The notes: generated from the letters alone by a model not told the origin. DNA of 64,000 bases from Myxococcales bacterium (GCA_020633315.1 JACKDV010000004.1:448071-512070); one strand, 5' to 3'. Numbered from the stretch's first letter, positions 7,450 through 17,691 are shown. A program made the numbers and translations.

Positions 7450-8475
7450 ATGACCATCACCATCGACAACGACACCATCCGCTTCGGCCGTCGAGGCCTC
7501 ACCCTCAGCTTCCAGCGGACCCTGCGCATCCCCGACGACGGCAAGAGCTACCCGCTGCCCCCCGGCCTGGGTCGCTTCCCCGTGCGACGCGTGGACGACT
7601 ACGCCGAGCGCGTGCCGGCCGAGTGGGTCGAGCACGGCGGCGTGTTCCTGCCCATGTACCAGCGCGAGGCGATGTGGATCTCCTTCGGTCGCCAGGACCA
7701 CCGACCACGTGCGGTGAAGCTGGCGGTGGGCAAGGTGTGTGCGCTGACCGGCAAGCCGTGGTCCGAGTCGCTGCACGCCTCGCCGCAGGACTACCTGGTC
7801 ACGCCGCCGCAGCCGTGGCTCGACGGCATCTACGTGCGCGAGGGCGCGATCCGTCAGTTCATCGCGATGCCGCTGGGACAGGGCTACACGGTCGAGGGCC
7901 AGGTCACCGGGCAGGAGGTCCACGGCGGCCTGCAGATCGAGGTGCTCGAGCCCAAGGCGGGGCGCTTCCCCGAGCCGCCGCCGCGACGAGCCGAGGGCCG
8001 CACGCGCTCCCGCGCCACGATGGCCAGCGCCGGCGCAGCCCCTGCGCCAGCGGCCCCCTGCCGAGCCGCTCCCGGGGGCGCGGCCATGGGCCTGGCCGCG
8101 GGCGGACACATGAAGCAGAAGGTCTACCCCGATCCCCACGGCCTCGACACCTGGGATCCCCACAACACCCACCGCCTGTTCGTGCACATCTGCAACAGCA
8201 TGCAGTGGCGGGAGATCACCGGCGAGGAGGCGCCGCGCACCCCGGTGAGCGCCAAGAGCTACGCCTCGCACGGCCTGCCCTGGTTCGACCTCTACGACGA
8301 GGGCCTGGGCTCGCTGTCGCCCTCCTCCACCCTGGCTGGGGTGGCCTCGGTCAAGGACAAGGACCTCGAGCTGTTCGGCGTCGTGCAACAGGACGACGAC
8401 ACGGTGCAGCCCGGCCCCACCAAGGCGCTGTGGACCTCGGTGGCCAAGGGCGTGGTGCGCGACGGCAACTGGTAG
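7450..8475 (+). CDS. Conserved-looking hypothetical protein (341 aa)
   Basis: Balanced, W/Y/F/H-containing sequence (LPMYQREAMWISF, HICNSMQWREITGE) with one Ala-rich linker. Divergent from the ECF sigma gene. No family assigned. Confidence 0.65.
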   Translation: MTITIDNDTIRFGRRGLTLSFQRTLRIPDDGKSYPLPPGLGRFPVRRVDDYAERVPAEWVEHGGVFLPMYQREAMWISFGRQDHRPRAVKLAVGKVCALTGKPWSESLHASPQDYLVTPPQPWLDGIYVREGAIRQFIAMPLGQGYTVEGQVTGQEVHGGLQIEVLEPKAGRFPEPPPRRAEGRTRSRATMASAGAAPAPAAPCRAAPGGAAMGLAAGGHMKQKVYPDPHGLDTWDPHNTHRLFVHICNSMQWREITGEEAPRTPVSAKSYASHGLPWFDLYDEGLGSLSPSSTLAGVASVKDKDLELFGVVQQDDDTVQPGPTKALWTSVAKGVVRDGNW

Positions 8476-8538
8476 CCACCCTCGCGGCGCCGCGCGGACA
8501 TCCCCGTGGCGCCGCGATATGCTCGCCTCGCTTCGTCG

Positions 8539-11364
8539 ATGGGCATCGAGCGCGAGCAGATCACCGGGACCACCGACGCGACCGACCTGGGGGGATCGGG
8601 GCCCACCCGGGCCCTGCACCGCGAGGACCCGTCCCCGGCCGACGGCCGTGCGCCCGAGGGTGGGCGTCCCTCGGGGCGAGGCCCGGGTCGGACCCTCGGC
8701 CGCTACGTGGTGCTCGAGGATCTCGGCGCCGGCGGCATGAGCCTGGTCTCGGCGGCCTACGATCCCGAGCTCGATCGGCGGGTGGCCCTCAAGGTGATGC
8801 GCGCCGACGTGGGCGAGCGCCCCGAGCGAGCGCAGGCCCGGCTGCTGCGCGAGGCCCAGGCGATGGCCCGCCTCGCGCACCCCAACGTGGTGCGGGTCTA
8901 CGACGTGGGGGTGATCGGCTCGCAAGTGTACATGGCGATGGAGCTGGTCGAGGGCCGGACCCTGCGCGACTGGCTGCAGGCGCGCCCGCGGAGCTGGCGA
9001 GAGATCGTGGCGGTGCTCGTGCGGGCGGGCCGGGGCCTGGCCGCCGCCCACGACGCGGGCCTGGTGCACCTGGACGTCAAGCCGCGCAACATCATGGTGG
9101 GCGATGCGGGCGAGGTGAAGGTGGTCGACTTCGGCCTGGCCCGGCCGCCGCGTGCCTACGACTCCGAGTCCTTCGACGGCGTGCTGCTGCCGGAGGCCGA
9201 CGACACGATCACCCACGCCGGGCTGGTGATGGGCACGCCCGGCTACATGGCTCCCGAGCACCTCGAGGGCTCGCCCGACGCTCGCTCCGATCAGTTCTCG
9301 CTGTGCGTGACCGCCTGGGAGGCGCTGTACGGCCAGCGCCCCTACGGAGGGCGACGCCTCGACGTGTACCGGGGCGCGCTGCGGGCGGGGAAGCTCGCAG
9401 AGCCGCCGACCGAGGCCCGGGTGCCCGCACGCGTGCGACGGCTGCTCGAGCGGGGGCTGAGCATCGCGCCGGCGCAGCGCTGGCCCTCGCTGTCGCCCTT
9501 GCTCGACGCGCTGGCCGACGATCCCTGGCGACGACGCGTCCGCTACGGCGTGGTGGTGGGCATCGCGGGCGTGGCCGCGGTGGGGGCCTGGGCGCTGGGG
9601 CGGGGCCAGGCCGATCCCTGCGGCGGCGTGGACGAGCACCTCGCCCAGACCTGGGACGAGGGGCGGCGCGAGGCCGTGCGCAGCCACCTCGCGCGCGCGG
9701 GAGGCCAGCACGCCGAGGCCACCGCCTACGAGGTGGCCCAACTCCTCGACGACTACGCCGCGGACTGGAGCGCCGAGTGGACCGATGCCTGCCGGGCGGC
9801 CCAGGTGGAGCAGCGGCAATCGGCCGAGCTCCGGGACCTCCGCGACTACTGCCTGCGGCACCGGCTGCGCGCCCTCGACGGGACGGCCCGCGCCATCCTC
9901 GACTCGGAGCCCGAGACCGGCACCTCGTGGCGCGACGCGGTGCTGCGCCTGCCGTCGATCGATCGCTGCCGCGACCTGGGCTCGGTGCACGACGTGGGGC
10001 AGCCCCCCGCCGACCCCGAGCTACGCCGCGAGGTGGAGCGCATCGACTCCGAGCTCGCGCTGGCCCGCGCCCTCTACTATGCCGGGCACAACGAGGCCGG
10101 CGCGCAGAAGGCCCGCGAGGCGCTCGCCGAGGCCGAGCGACTCGATCATCCGCCGCTGCTGGCCGAGGCCAAGCTCGCCCTCGCCGAGGCGCTCAACCTG
10201 CTCGACCAGGCCGACGAGGCCGAGCGCCTCGCCTTCGAGGGCATGTGGGCCGCCGACGCGGCGCAGCTCCACGGCCTGCGCGTGGAGGCGATCATCGGCC
10301 TGGTCTACAACGTGGGGGTGCTCGGAGGTCGCTTCGAGGAGGCCGAGCACCTGGCCCAGGGCGGCATGGTGCTCGAGCGCGAGCTCGTCCACGACCCCAC
10401 GCTGCGCGCCCAGCTGCTCAACCACCTCGCGGCCGTGCACGCCACCGCGGGCGACCCGGCCCGGGCCCAGCAGGAGTACGAGCAGGCGCTTCGGATCCGC
10501 CGCGACCACCACCTGCCCGCCGACCTCGACGAAGGCTCCTCCCTCACCGGCATCGGGGCCACCGCCCTGCTGCTCGGCGACTACGAGCGCGCGCTCGCGG
10601 TGCAGCACGAGGCCTACGCGCTCTATCGCGACAACTACGGTGCCGACCACCCGGGCACCCTGGTGATCCACGAGAACGTGGCCACCACCCTGCTGGGCAT
10701 GGAGCGCTTCGAGGAGGGGCTGGCCGAGGTGGAGGAGCTGCTGCAGATCGCCCACCACGCCGGCCTCGACGACAAGACCATCGCCACCGCCGAGGCCACC
10801 CACGGGGCGGCGCTGCTCGAGCTGCGGCGCTTCGACGAGGCCCGCGAGGCGCTCGAGCACTCTCGCCGCAGCCTGGAGTCGCCGCTGCGGCGGCCGGTGC
10901 TGCTGGGGGTGGTGCGCGGGAACCTGGCGCTGGTGGCCCTCGAGCAGCGGCGCTTCGACGATGCGAAGGCGGAGGCCAACGCCGCGCTCGAGCGGCTGGG
11001 GCCGCTGCTGCCCGAGGACAACCTCTATGTGGTGTGGGCCAAGCTCGCGCTGGCCCGCGCGGAGCTGGGCCGCGGCGAGCCACGGGAGGCGCTGCGGCTC
11101 GCGAGCGAGGGCTGGGCCGTGCTGGAGACGCTCGAGGATCCGATCGGCCCGGACTTGCGCTCCGATGCGGCGCTGGTGTTGGCGCGAGCGCTGGAGGATC
11201 CCGAGGTGCTCGCGGAGCCCGGAGTGATCGAGTCGCTCGGGGGTGGGCGCTCGTCGACGCAGTGGGGCGCCCGCGCGCTGGCCGAGGCCCGCAGCGGCGG
11301 GCGCTCGGCGGAGCCGATGCGGCGACGCGCCGAGGCTTGGAAGCGCCGGCACGGCAGGCCGTGA
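8539..11364 (+). CDS. Ser/Thr protein kinase with C-terminal TPR-repeat domain
   Basis: Hanks kinase motifs are present (GAGGMSLV, VALKV, HLDVKPRNIM, DFGLAR, GTPGYMAPE), followed by a TM segment and ~550 aa of TPR-like repeats. The first ATG is 8539; the track ORF starts at an upstream GTG. Confidence 0.85.
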   Translation: MGIEREQITGTTDATDLGGSGPTRALHREDPSPADGRAPEGGRPSGRGPGRTLGRYVVLEDLGAGGMSLVSAAYDPELDRRVALKVMRADVGERPERAQARLLREAQAMARLAHPNVVRVYDVGVIGSQVYMAMELVEGRTLRDWLQARPRSWREIVAVLVRAGRGLAAAHDAGLVHLDVKPRNIMVGDAGEVKVVDFGLARPPRAYDSESFDGVLLPEADDTITHAGLVMGTPGYMAPEHLEGSPDARSDQFSLCVTAWEALYGQRPYGGRRLDVYRGALRAGKLAEPPTEARVPARVRRLLERGLSIAPAQRWPSLSPLLDALADDPWRRRVRYGVVVGIAGVAAVGAWALGRGQADPCGGVDEHLAQTWDEGRREAVRSHLARAGGQHAEATAYEVAQLLDDYAADWSAEWTDACRAAQVEQRQSAELRDLRDYCLRHRLRALDGTARAILDSEPETGTSWRDAVLRLPSIDRCRDLGSVHDVGQPPADPELRREVERIDSELALARALYYAGHNEAGAQKAREALAEAERLDHPPLLAEAKLALAEALNLLDQADEAERLAFEGMWAADAAQLHGLRVEAIIGLVYNVGVLGGRFEEAEHLAQGGMVLERELVHDPTLRAQLLNHLAAVHATAGDPARAQQEYEQALRIRRDHHLPADLDEGSSLTGIGATALLLGDYERALAVQHEAYALYRDNYGADHPGTLVIHENVATTLLGMERFEEGLAEVEELLQIAHHAGLDDKTIATAEATHGAALLELRRFDEAREALEHSRRSLESPLRRPVLLGVVRGNLALVALEQRRFDDAKAEANAALERLGPLLPEDNLYVVWAKLALARAELGRGEPREALRLASEGWAVLETLEDPIGPDLRSDAALVLARALEDPEVLAEPGVIESLGGGRSSTQWGARALAEARSGGRSAEPMRRRAEAWKRRHGRP

Positions 11365-11395
11365 GCGCTCCGATGCCGGGCTGCCCCAGCGAGGC

Positions 11396-11923
11396 TCAAG
11401 CCTCGGCGTCGGCCATCCACTCCGGCATCACGCCATCGAGCCACGGCCGCTGCTTCTTGCCCACCACCTCCACCGCCACCTCGTCCCCGCGGCGGCGAAA
11501 CACCGCGTAGGGGGTGTACGCCTCGAGGAAGTCCATCTCCTGGTGGCAGTCCTCCTCGCAGAACGCGGCGAACAGGCTGATCGCCTCGCCGTTGTCGTCC
11601 CATTCCATGATGTAGCCGGGCACGCCCTCGCTGGGCTCGTCGGGGCGGCGCCCGGGGGTGTTGACCTCATCGGGCTCGTCCCAGCCGCAGGCCCGCGCCG
11701 CGTCGAGGTCGGGCTCGTCGAGCACGCTGAACACCACGGTCCCGTGCACGGCATCGTCGGCCTCGTCGCACCAGTACTGGGCGACCAGCAGCATGGCGCT
11801 GCGCAGCTCGGGCGCGCGGGCGAGGCCCCGGCGCACGTAGGGCAGCACGAGCTCCCGTAGGTAGCGCTCGCGGCCGGCCGCGGCCTGCTCGGGGCTCATG
11901 GATCGCTGGATCTCGTCGCTCAT
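11396..11923 (-). CDS. Hypothetical protein, paralog A (176 aa, unknown family)
   Basis: Internal ATG (MSDEIQRSMSPEQ...). It shares extended similarity with the protein at 12588..13112 (RYLRELVLPYVRR.LAR.P.LRSAMLLVAQYW.DEADDAVH..V.FSVLDEPDL.AARA..W). The start overlaps the stop of the upstream TIM-barrel gene (ATGA). Confidence 0.7.
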   Translation of the reverse strand: MSDEIQRSMSPEQAAAGRERYLRELVLPYVRRGLARAPELRSAMLLVAQYWCDEADDAVHGTVVFSVLDEPDLDAARACGWDEPDEVNTPGRRPDEPSEGVPGYIMEWDDNGEAISLFAAFCEEDCHQEMDFLEAYTPYAVFRRRGDEVAVEVVGKKQRPWLDGVMPEWMADAEA

Positions 11924-12594
11924 GGGGTCTGCCTCAGGATGCCGAGCTGCTCGCGTCGCTGCGCCGCGTCGAGGCGATGCAGGTAGCTCTCGAGGATGGT
12001 ACGCGTTCCCGCGCGCAGGCGCTCGCGGGCCCAGCCCAGGCCAAAGGTACCGGGGGCAATCGGTCGGTGGGTGTCGTGGCGCCCCGCGTTGGCCGAGACG
12101 TGCACCTCGGCGATGCGATCGTGCTCCCGCAGCCTCCGCCAGGTGGGCTCTCCGACCACGCCCTGCCGGAGCTGGATGTACAGGTGCGAGACGTCGACGG
12201 CCAGCGAGAGCCCGGCCTCCATGGCCAGCTCGAGCTCGTCGCCGCGGCCCAGGCAGTAGCCGGGGTGCATGGTCTCGAACACGGTGGCCGGCCGCGCCCG
12301 CGCGGTGTCGATCCAGGTGGCCGCCGCCGGGGCGTGGCGCTTGGGCGGGTGCACCGAGTCGGAGGCCACGCACAGCGAGCCGTCGTCGGCCCACACCCGG
12401 GTCCGGTAGGCCCGCGGCGTGAACCCGTGGTGCGTGCAGGTGACCACGCCCCGCGCGGTCAGCCAGCCCTCGAAATCGGGGGTGGGCACGTTGCCGGGGG
12501 TGAGCTGCAGACCGTCGGGCCCCAGCGCCAGCAATTCCTCGGCCGCGGCCTGCATGGGACGCCCCTGCAGGCAGCTCAGCGCCAGCATCAACAT
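11920..12594 (-). CDS. Xylose-isomerase-like TIM-barrel protein (sugar phosphate isomerase/epimerase family), short form
   Basis: Motifs AVDVSHLYIQ and IAEVHVSANAGRHDTHRPI. Start is the internal ATG at 12592-12594, 1 nt after the stop of paralog B. Confidence 0.65.
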   Translation of the reverse strand: MLMLALSCLQGRPMQAAAEELLALGPDGLQLTPGNVPTPDFEGWLTARGVVTCTHHGFTPRAYRTRVWADDGSLCVASDSVHPPKRHAPAAATWIDTARARPATVFETMHPGYCLGRGDELELAMEAGLSLAVDVSHLYIQLRQGVVGEPTWRRLREHDRIAEVHVSANAGRHDTHRPIAPGTFGLGWARERLRAGTRTILESYLHRLDAAQRREQLGILRQTP

Positions 12595-13112
12595 CCGGCC
12601 TCCCCCTGCGGCATCACCCCGTCGAGCCAGGGACGCTTCATCGTGCCCACCACCTCGATGGCAATGCTGCCGTCGATGCAGCGCAGCAGCGCGTAGGGCG
12701 AGTAGGCGTCCAGGTAGCCCATGTCCTGGTGGCAGCCCTCGTCGCAGAAGGCCGCGAACAACGAGATCGCCTCGCCGTTCTCGTTCCAACCGAAGAGACC
12801 CTCATCGTCGTCGAGGTCGTCGCTGAGCACCGAGGAGTGACGCCCGGGGGTGTTGACCTCGTCCCGCTCCCAGTCCGCCGCGCGGGCGGCCTCGAGATCG
12901 GGCTCGTCGAGCACGCTGAACAGCACCTCGCGGTGGACCGCGTCGTCGGCCTCGTCGTTCCAGTACTGCGCCACCAGCAGCATCGCGCTGCGCAGGTCGG
13001 GATGCCGGGCGAGCACGCGGCGCACGTAGGGCAGCACCAGCTCTCGCAGGTAGCGCTGGCGCCCCGCCTCGGCCTGCTCGGGGGTCAGCTTGGTCTGGAC
13101 CGCGTCGCCCAC
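12588..13112 (-). CDS. Hypothetical protein, paralog B (about 175 aa)
   Basis: Paralogous to 11396..11923. The start is ambiguous: a GTG around 13112 (VGDAVQTKLTPEQ) aligns with the paralog's N-terminus, while the ATG at 13283 adds 57 non-conserved residues. Confidence 0.6.
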   Translation of the reverse strand: MGDAVQTKLTPEQAEAGRQRYLRELVLPYVRRVLARHPDLRSAMLLVAQYWNDEADDAVHREVLFSVLDEPDLEAARAADWERDEVNTPGRHSSVLSDDLDDDEGLFGWNENGEAISLFAAFCDEGCHQDMGYLDAYSPYALLRCIDGSIAIEVVGTMKRPWLDGVMPQGEAGC

Positions 13113-13267
13113 GGAGAATCTTGCCGCAATCCTTATACCCGAGGGGCGCTCCTCGGCGTTGGGGCCGTTGGGATGGTTTGGCGCACACGAGGGAACCTTC
13201 TGGGCGCCGACGCGTATGTACGGTCCGAGGGTGGGGGACGTGGGGTGCCCCCATGCGGAGGTGTGGG

Positions 13268-15283
13268 ATGGTCCGAGGCACATTTCTACTCCTGGGGGCG
13301 CTCGTGCTCGCGTCGCCGTCGTCCAGCGCGGCTTCCGAGCCCGAGCCCGCGGTGGCGAGCACCGGGCGGATCGCCGGGGTGATCCACGACGGCGCGGGCA
13401 AGCCGGTGGCCGGGGCCACGGTGACCCTGCTGTGTAGCTGCCTGACCAAGGCGACCTCCACCAAGACCAAGGCCGACGGCACCTACGTCTTCGAGGGCCT
13501 GCCGCCGGGGGTGTACTCGGTGCGCGTGCGCAAGGGCGGGCGCGACGTGGTGCAGCACCTCACCCTCGGTGAGGGCGAGCGGGTGAGCACCACCATCGCC
13601 CTGGCCTCGCCGCCCAAGGAGGAGCCCGCGACCAGCAAGCCCGCCAAGAAGTCCAAGGGACGGGTGGCAGCCAAGACCGTCGATCCCATGGGGCTGCTCG
13701 ATCCGAGCGCCTCGACCAGCCGCTCGACCTCGCGGGCCGCCCGCAAGCGCGACGCGGCCGGGGTCGCGGGCGGAGTACCCGGGGGAGTGGTCGGCGGCAC
13801 GCTGGGAGGCCGCAGCGCCGGCGTGGCCGCGCTGCGCGTCCCGGTGGAGCCCGCCAACACCGAGGGCTACGCCCACATCCGCGAGAACGACTTCGTCGCC
13901 GTCTCCGATGCCCCGCTGTCGACCTTCTCGGCCGACGTCGACACCGCCTCGTACAGCAACGTGCGGCGCTTCCTCTCGCAGGGCCAGCGCCCGCCGATCG
14001 ATGCGGTGCGGGTGGAGGAGCTCGTCAACTACTTCGAGTACGACTACGTCACCCCGCCCGACGACCGGCCGGTGACCGTCAACTGGGAGGTCGGCCCCTG
14101 CCCGTGGAACGAGGACCACCAGCTCGTTCGCATCGGGCTGCAGACCAAGCCGATCGCCGACGCCGAGGTGCCCCCGCGCAACCTGGTGTTCCTCGTCGAC
14201 GTGTCGGGCTCGATGCAGTCGCCCGACAAGCTGCCCCTGCTGGTGCGCTCGATGGGCCTGCTGGTCGACCAGCTCCGCGAGCAGGACATGGTGAGCCTGG
14301 TGGTGTACGCCGGCGCCTCCGGGCTGGTGCTGCCGCCCACCTCGGGCGCGTACCGGGACCGCATCCGCGACGCGCTGGCCGAGCTGACCCCGGGCGGCTC
14401 GACCAACGGCGCGGCCGGGATCCGCCTGGCCTACCAGCAGGCCCGCAACGCCTTCATCGAGGGCGGGATCAACCGGGTGATCCTCGCCACCGACGGCGAC
14501 TTCAACGTGGGCACCACCAGCGACGGCGACCTGGTGCGGCTCATCGAGCAGGAGCGCGAGTCGGGGGTGTTCCTGTCGGTGCTGGGCTTCGGCCAGGGCA
14601 ACCTACAGGACGCCAAGATGGAGCAGCTCGCCGACGAGGGCAACGGCAACTACGCGTACATCGACGACCTGCACGAGGGCCGCAAGGTGCTGGTGCAGCA
14701 GGCGGGCGCCACCCTGGTCACCGTGGCCAAGGACGTCAAGCTCCAGGTGGAATTCAACCCGGCCCTGGTCGCGGAGTATCGGCAGGTGGGCTACGAGAAC
14801 CGCCGGCTGCGCGACGAGGACTTCAACGACGACACCAAGGACGCGGGCGAGATGGGGGCGGGGCACTCGGTGACCGTGCTCTACGAGATCGTCCCCGCCA
14901 GCGGAGGTGAGGGGGGCGGCACGGCGCCGCGCCGCGTGGATGCGCTCAAGTACCAGGGTGAGCGCACCACCACCGCCGCCGCGGCCAGCGACGAGCTGAT
15001 GACGGTGAAGGTCCGCTTCAAGCGTCCGCAGGGCAGCAAGAGCCGGCTGATGTCGGTGGCCGTGCGCGGCACGCCCTCGACCTTGGCGAAGACCTCGGAC
15101 GACTTCCGCTTCGCCGCCGCGGTGGCCGAGCTGGGGATGATCCTGCGCGACTCGGAGCACAAGGGCAGCGCCACCCTCGAGTCGGTCGCGATGCTGGCCC
15201 GCAAGGCCCAGGGCAAGGACCCGCACGGTCACCGCAAGGGCCTGCTGGAGCTGGTCGAGCAGGCGCGCGCCGTGGGGTACTGA
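13268..15283 (+). CDS. Secreted vWA-domain protein (YfbK/BatA-like: carboxypeptidase-regulatory-like domain + vWA + DUF3520-type C-terminus)
   Basis: Signal peptide MVRGTFLLLGALVLASPSSSAASEP. The ATG at 13268 is preceded by GGAGG. The MIDAS motif is VFLVDVSGSM. Confidence 0.85.
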   Translation: MVRGTFLLLGALVLASPSSSAASEPEPAVASTGRIAGVIHDGAGKPVAGATVTLLCSCLTKATSTKTKADGTYVFEGLPPGVYSVRVRKGGRDVVQHLTLGEGERVSTTIALASPPKEEPATSKPAKKSKGRVAAKTVDPMGLLDPSASTSRSTSRAARKRDAAGVAGGVPGGVVGGTLGGRSAGVAALRVPVEPANTEGYAHIRENDFVAVSDAPLSTFSADVDTASYSNVRRFLSQGQRPPIDAVRVEELVNYFEYDYVTPPDDRPVTVNWEVGPCPWNEDHQLVRIGLQTKPIADAEVPPRNLVFLVDVSGSMQSPDKLPLLVRSMGLLVDQLREQDMVSLVVYAGASGLVLPPTSGAYRDRIRDALAELTPGGSTNGAAGIRLAYQQARNAFIEGGINRVILATDGDFNVGTTSDGDLVRLIEQERESGVFLSVLGFGQGNLQDAKMEQLADEGNGNYAYIDDLHEGRKVLVQQAGATLVTVAKDVKLQVEFNPALVAEYRQVGYENRRLRDEDFNDDTKDAGEMGAGHSVTVLYEIVPASGGEGGGTAPRRVDALKYQGERTTTAAAASDELMTVKVRFKRPQGSKSRLMSVAVRGTPSTLAKTSDDFRFAAAVAELGMILRDSEHKGSATLESVAMLARKAQGKDPHGHRKGLLELVEQARAVGY

Positions 15284-15363
15284 AGCAACGGGCCGGAGAA
15301 CGACGAAGGGCCGGGCCGACCTGCGGCCCGGCCTCACGAAGGCCGGAGCGAGGAGCGAGGCGC

Positions 15364-17454
15364 TCAGCTCGGCGGGGGCAGCCCCTTGCCGCCCAGCTTC
15401 TCCGACGAGCGGCACAGCGGCGGGAAGCGGGTGCGAGTGCAGGCATCCTCGTAGAACGCCCGGGCGATGCCCTGGTCGACGGCCTCGAGCTGCTTGCCCA
15501 GCGCGGTGCAGGACGAGACGTCCTTGTCGTCGCAGGCGCGGCGCAGGATCTGCTCGGCCTTGGCGGGATCCTTCTTCAGCCCCTTGGCGCCCTTGGCATG
15601 GATCGCGGACAGCTCCACGCAGGTGAAGCGGCGGTGATCCGAGCAGCCGCGCTCCAGCACGGCCACGGCGTCCTTGGCCGTGCCGCCGCCCTTGCCCGCC
15701 TGGTAGAGCCCCGCCAGGGTGGTGCAGGCCTGCGACGACAGGGAGATGAAGCGGGCCCCGGGCTCGGGCGTCGGGCAGCCGCGCTCCAGCAGCGCGACCC
15801 CGGTCCGGAGGTCGCGCTTGATCGGGGCCTTGCCCTCCACGAGCTCCTTGCCGGCGCGACCGCAGGCGCTGGTGTTGCCCAGGTCGCAGGCGCGCCGATC
15901 GTGCTCCAGCGCCCGCTCCGGTCGCTTGCCCGCCGCGCTGCGGCCCATGCGGTGGATCATCGCCAGGTCCACGCACTCGTTGGCCTCGCCGCGCTCGCAG
16001 CCGAGCTCGAGCATCCGCAGGCCTCGCGGCTCGTCGAGGTGGAGGTCGACGAGGTTGATGGCCAGCGAGCGGCACGAGGAGGAGCGCCCCATGCCGCAGG
16101 CACGCTCGAGCAGGGCGACCCCGCGCTCGGGAGCGGCCGTGAGCTCGTCGCGACCCCGCAGCAGCGTGTAGCCCAGGGTGTCACAGGCGGCCGAGTCTCC
16201 GCGATCGCAGCCGCGCTGCAGCACCTCGGCGTAGGGCTTCCATTGCTTGGCGCGGCTGAGCTCGAACGACGCGGCGGTGCACGCCTTGGCGGGCCCGTCG
16301 TCGGCCTTGCAGGCGGCGAGGAAGCGCTGCTGGGCCAGCTCGGGCTGGCGCTCGCGCCCCGAGCCGCCCGAGCGGAGCATCACGCCCAGGTTGTAGCAGC
16401 TCGGCCCGTTGCCGCGCTCGCACTGCTGGGTGCACTGCTCGAAGTCCATGGGGGCGCACTGGAACGAGGCCACCTGCTGGGGCGGCGTGCACTTGCCCCC
16501 CGCCCGCACGAAGCCCGACGGGCACTTGGTCTCGAGCGCCTCCACCTCGGGCGGCGCGGACTCGCCCGAGCCCTCGTCGTCGCCCTGGGCCACCGCCGGG
16601 CGCTCCTCCGCGATGGGGTACAGCTCGATGGTGATCGCGGCGCGGCACTGCTCGGGCGGCGCGGAGTCGCCGGGCTTGGCGTTGTTGCAGTCCTCGGGCT
16701 TGCCGTCGCGGTTGGCGACGCGGCGGTTGGCCTCGCTGCCCGCGGCCGCCCCGGCGCCGAAGATCTCGGCCGCGGCGCGGGCCTTGCCCTGGGTGCCCTT
16801 CTCCACCGCGAAGGCGCCCACGATCGCCGAGCGCACGAAGTGGGTGGCGCCCTCGCAGCCGGGGCCCTTCAGATCCTCGCGCGCGACCATGTCGTCGCGG
16901 ATTGACTTGCGGCCCACCATCACCAGGCCGATGTCGATGGCGGCCCCCGAGGTGACCTCGCCCTCGAGCTGGACGGCGCTGGCGGGGAGGTTGGCCCGGA
17001 GCTGATCGATGGTGTCGATCTGCACCTGGTCCTCCTTCATCGACACTCCCACGAAGGTGTAGGGATCGACGGCGCTGCCCACCGTGCACCCCCGCAGCAC
17101 CTCGAGCCCGTCGCAGTCGTAGCGGACCACGGCGATGCCCTCGGACATCACCGCCTCGAGGTGGCTGCGGTCGGCCCCGCGCAGGTCGACCACGTAGGGC
17201 TCGGCGACGGTGCTGGTGTTGGTGCAGGTGATGGTCTGCCCCAGCGCATCGGTGGCGCTGGGATCGGGGGGCGCGAGCTTGCTGCCCAGGTTGTTGGTGC
17301 CGCAGCCGGTGCCGCCCCACAGACCCAGGCCCAGCACGAGGCCGAGGCCGGCGAGACGACGGAGCCCGAGCGAGCCGGGCCCGCGGGCGGGCGCTCGCGC
17401 CGAGGCACGGGGAGGAGCGGGGCTGGTCCAGGGGGGAGCCGCGGAGGTTGACAT
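15364..17454 (-). CDS. Cysteine-rich Sel1-like repeat (Hcp-like) lipoprotein
   Basis: Lipoprotein signal ...LVLGLGLWGGTGCGT. It has multiple repeats of the RGCD.GD..AC..LG...L.G.G / ERAC..G...C..L type, as in Sel1/Hcp proteins. 696 aa. Confidence 0.75.
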   Translation of the reverse strand: MSTSAAPPWTSPAPPRASARAPARGPGSLGLRRLAGLGLVLGLGLWGGTGCGTNNLGSKLAPPDPSATDALGQTITCTNTSTVAEPYVVDLRGADRSHLEAVMSEGIAVVRYDCDGLEVLRGCTVGSAVDPYTFVGVSMKEDQVQIDTIDQLRANLPASAVQLEGEVTSGAAIDIGLVMVGRKSIRDDMVAREDLKGPGCEGATHFVRSAIVGAFAVEKGTQGKARAAAEIFGAGAAAGSEANRRVANRDGKPEDCNNAKPGDSAPPEQCRAAITIELYPIAEERPAVAQGDDEGSGESAPPEVEALETKCPSGFVRAGGKCTPPQQVASFQCAPMDFEQCTQQCERGNGPSCYNLGVMLRSGGSGRERQPELAQQRFLAACKADDGPAKACTAASFELSRAKQWKPYAEVLQRGCDRGDSAACDTLGYTLLRGRDELTAAPERGVALLERACGMGRSSSCRSLAINLVDLHLDEPRGLRMLELGCERGEANECVDLAMIHRMGRSAAGKRPERALEHDRRACDLGNTSACGRAGKELVEGKAPIKRDLRTGVALLERGCPTPEPGARFISLSSQACTTLAGLYQAGKGGGTAKDAVAVLERGCSDHRRFTCVELSAIHAKGAKGLKKDPAKAEQILRRACDDKDVSSCTALGKQLEAVDQGIARAFYEDACTRTRFPPLCRSSEKLGGKGLPPPS

Positions 17455-17691
17455 CGCGGCGGGTGGTTCCGAGATCGGCGTGGCGGTTTAAGGCGACGGT
17501 CGAATTTCAGCTGAGCGGTGCCGAGCCCCGCCCCGGCGCCCGTGAGCGCGCAGAGCTCCCGAGGGGCACGAGCGCGAGGGTGATCGAGCGAGCCGCGCGT
17601 CCGTGGTCGCCGCGCCCACGAGCGCACCGCGCCCACCCCCTCGATTCGTGCTTGAAACCCCCACCCAGGTGCGAGACCGTCGGCCCGGGGC

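Noticed and set aside
7387-11510. Giant ORFs 7387..9990 (-) 867 aa and 7398..11510 (+) 1370 aa
   Set aside because: They are Arg/Gly/Ala/Pro-dominated with no motifs. They are out-of-frame or antisense shadows of the real genes 7450..8475 and 8539..11364 in 70% GC DNA.
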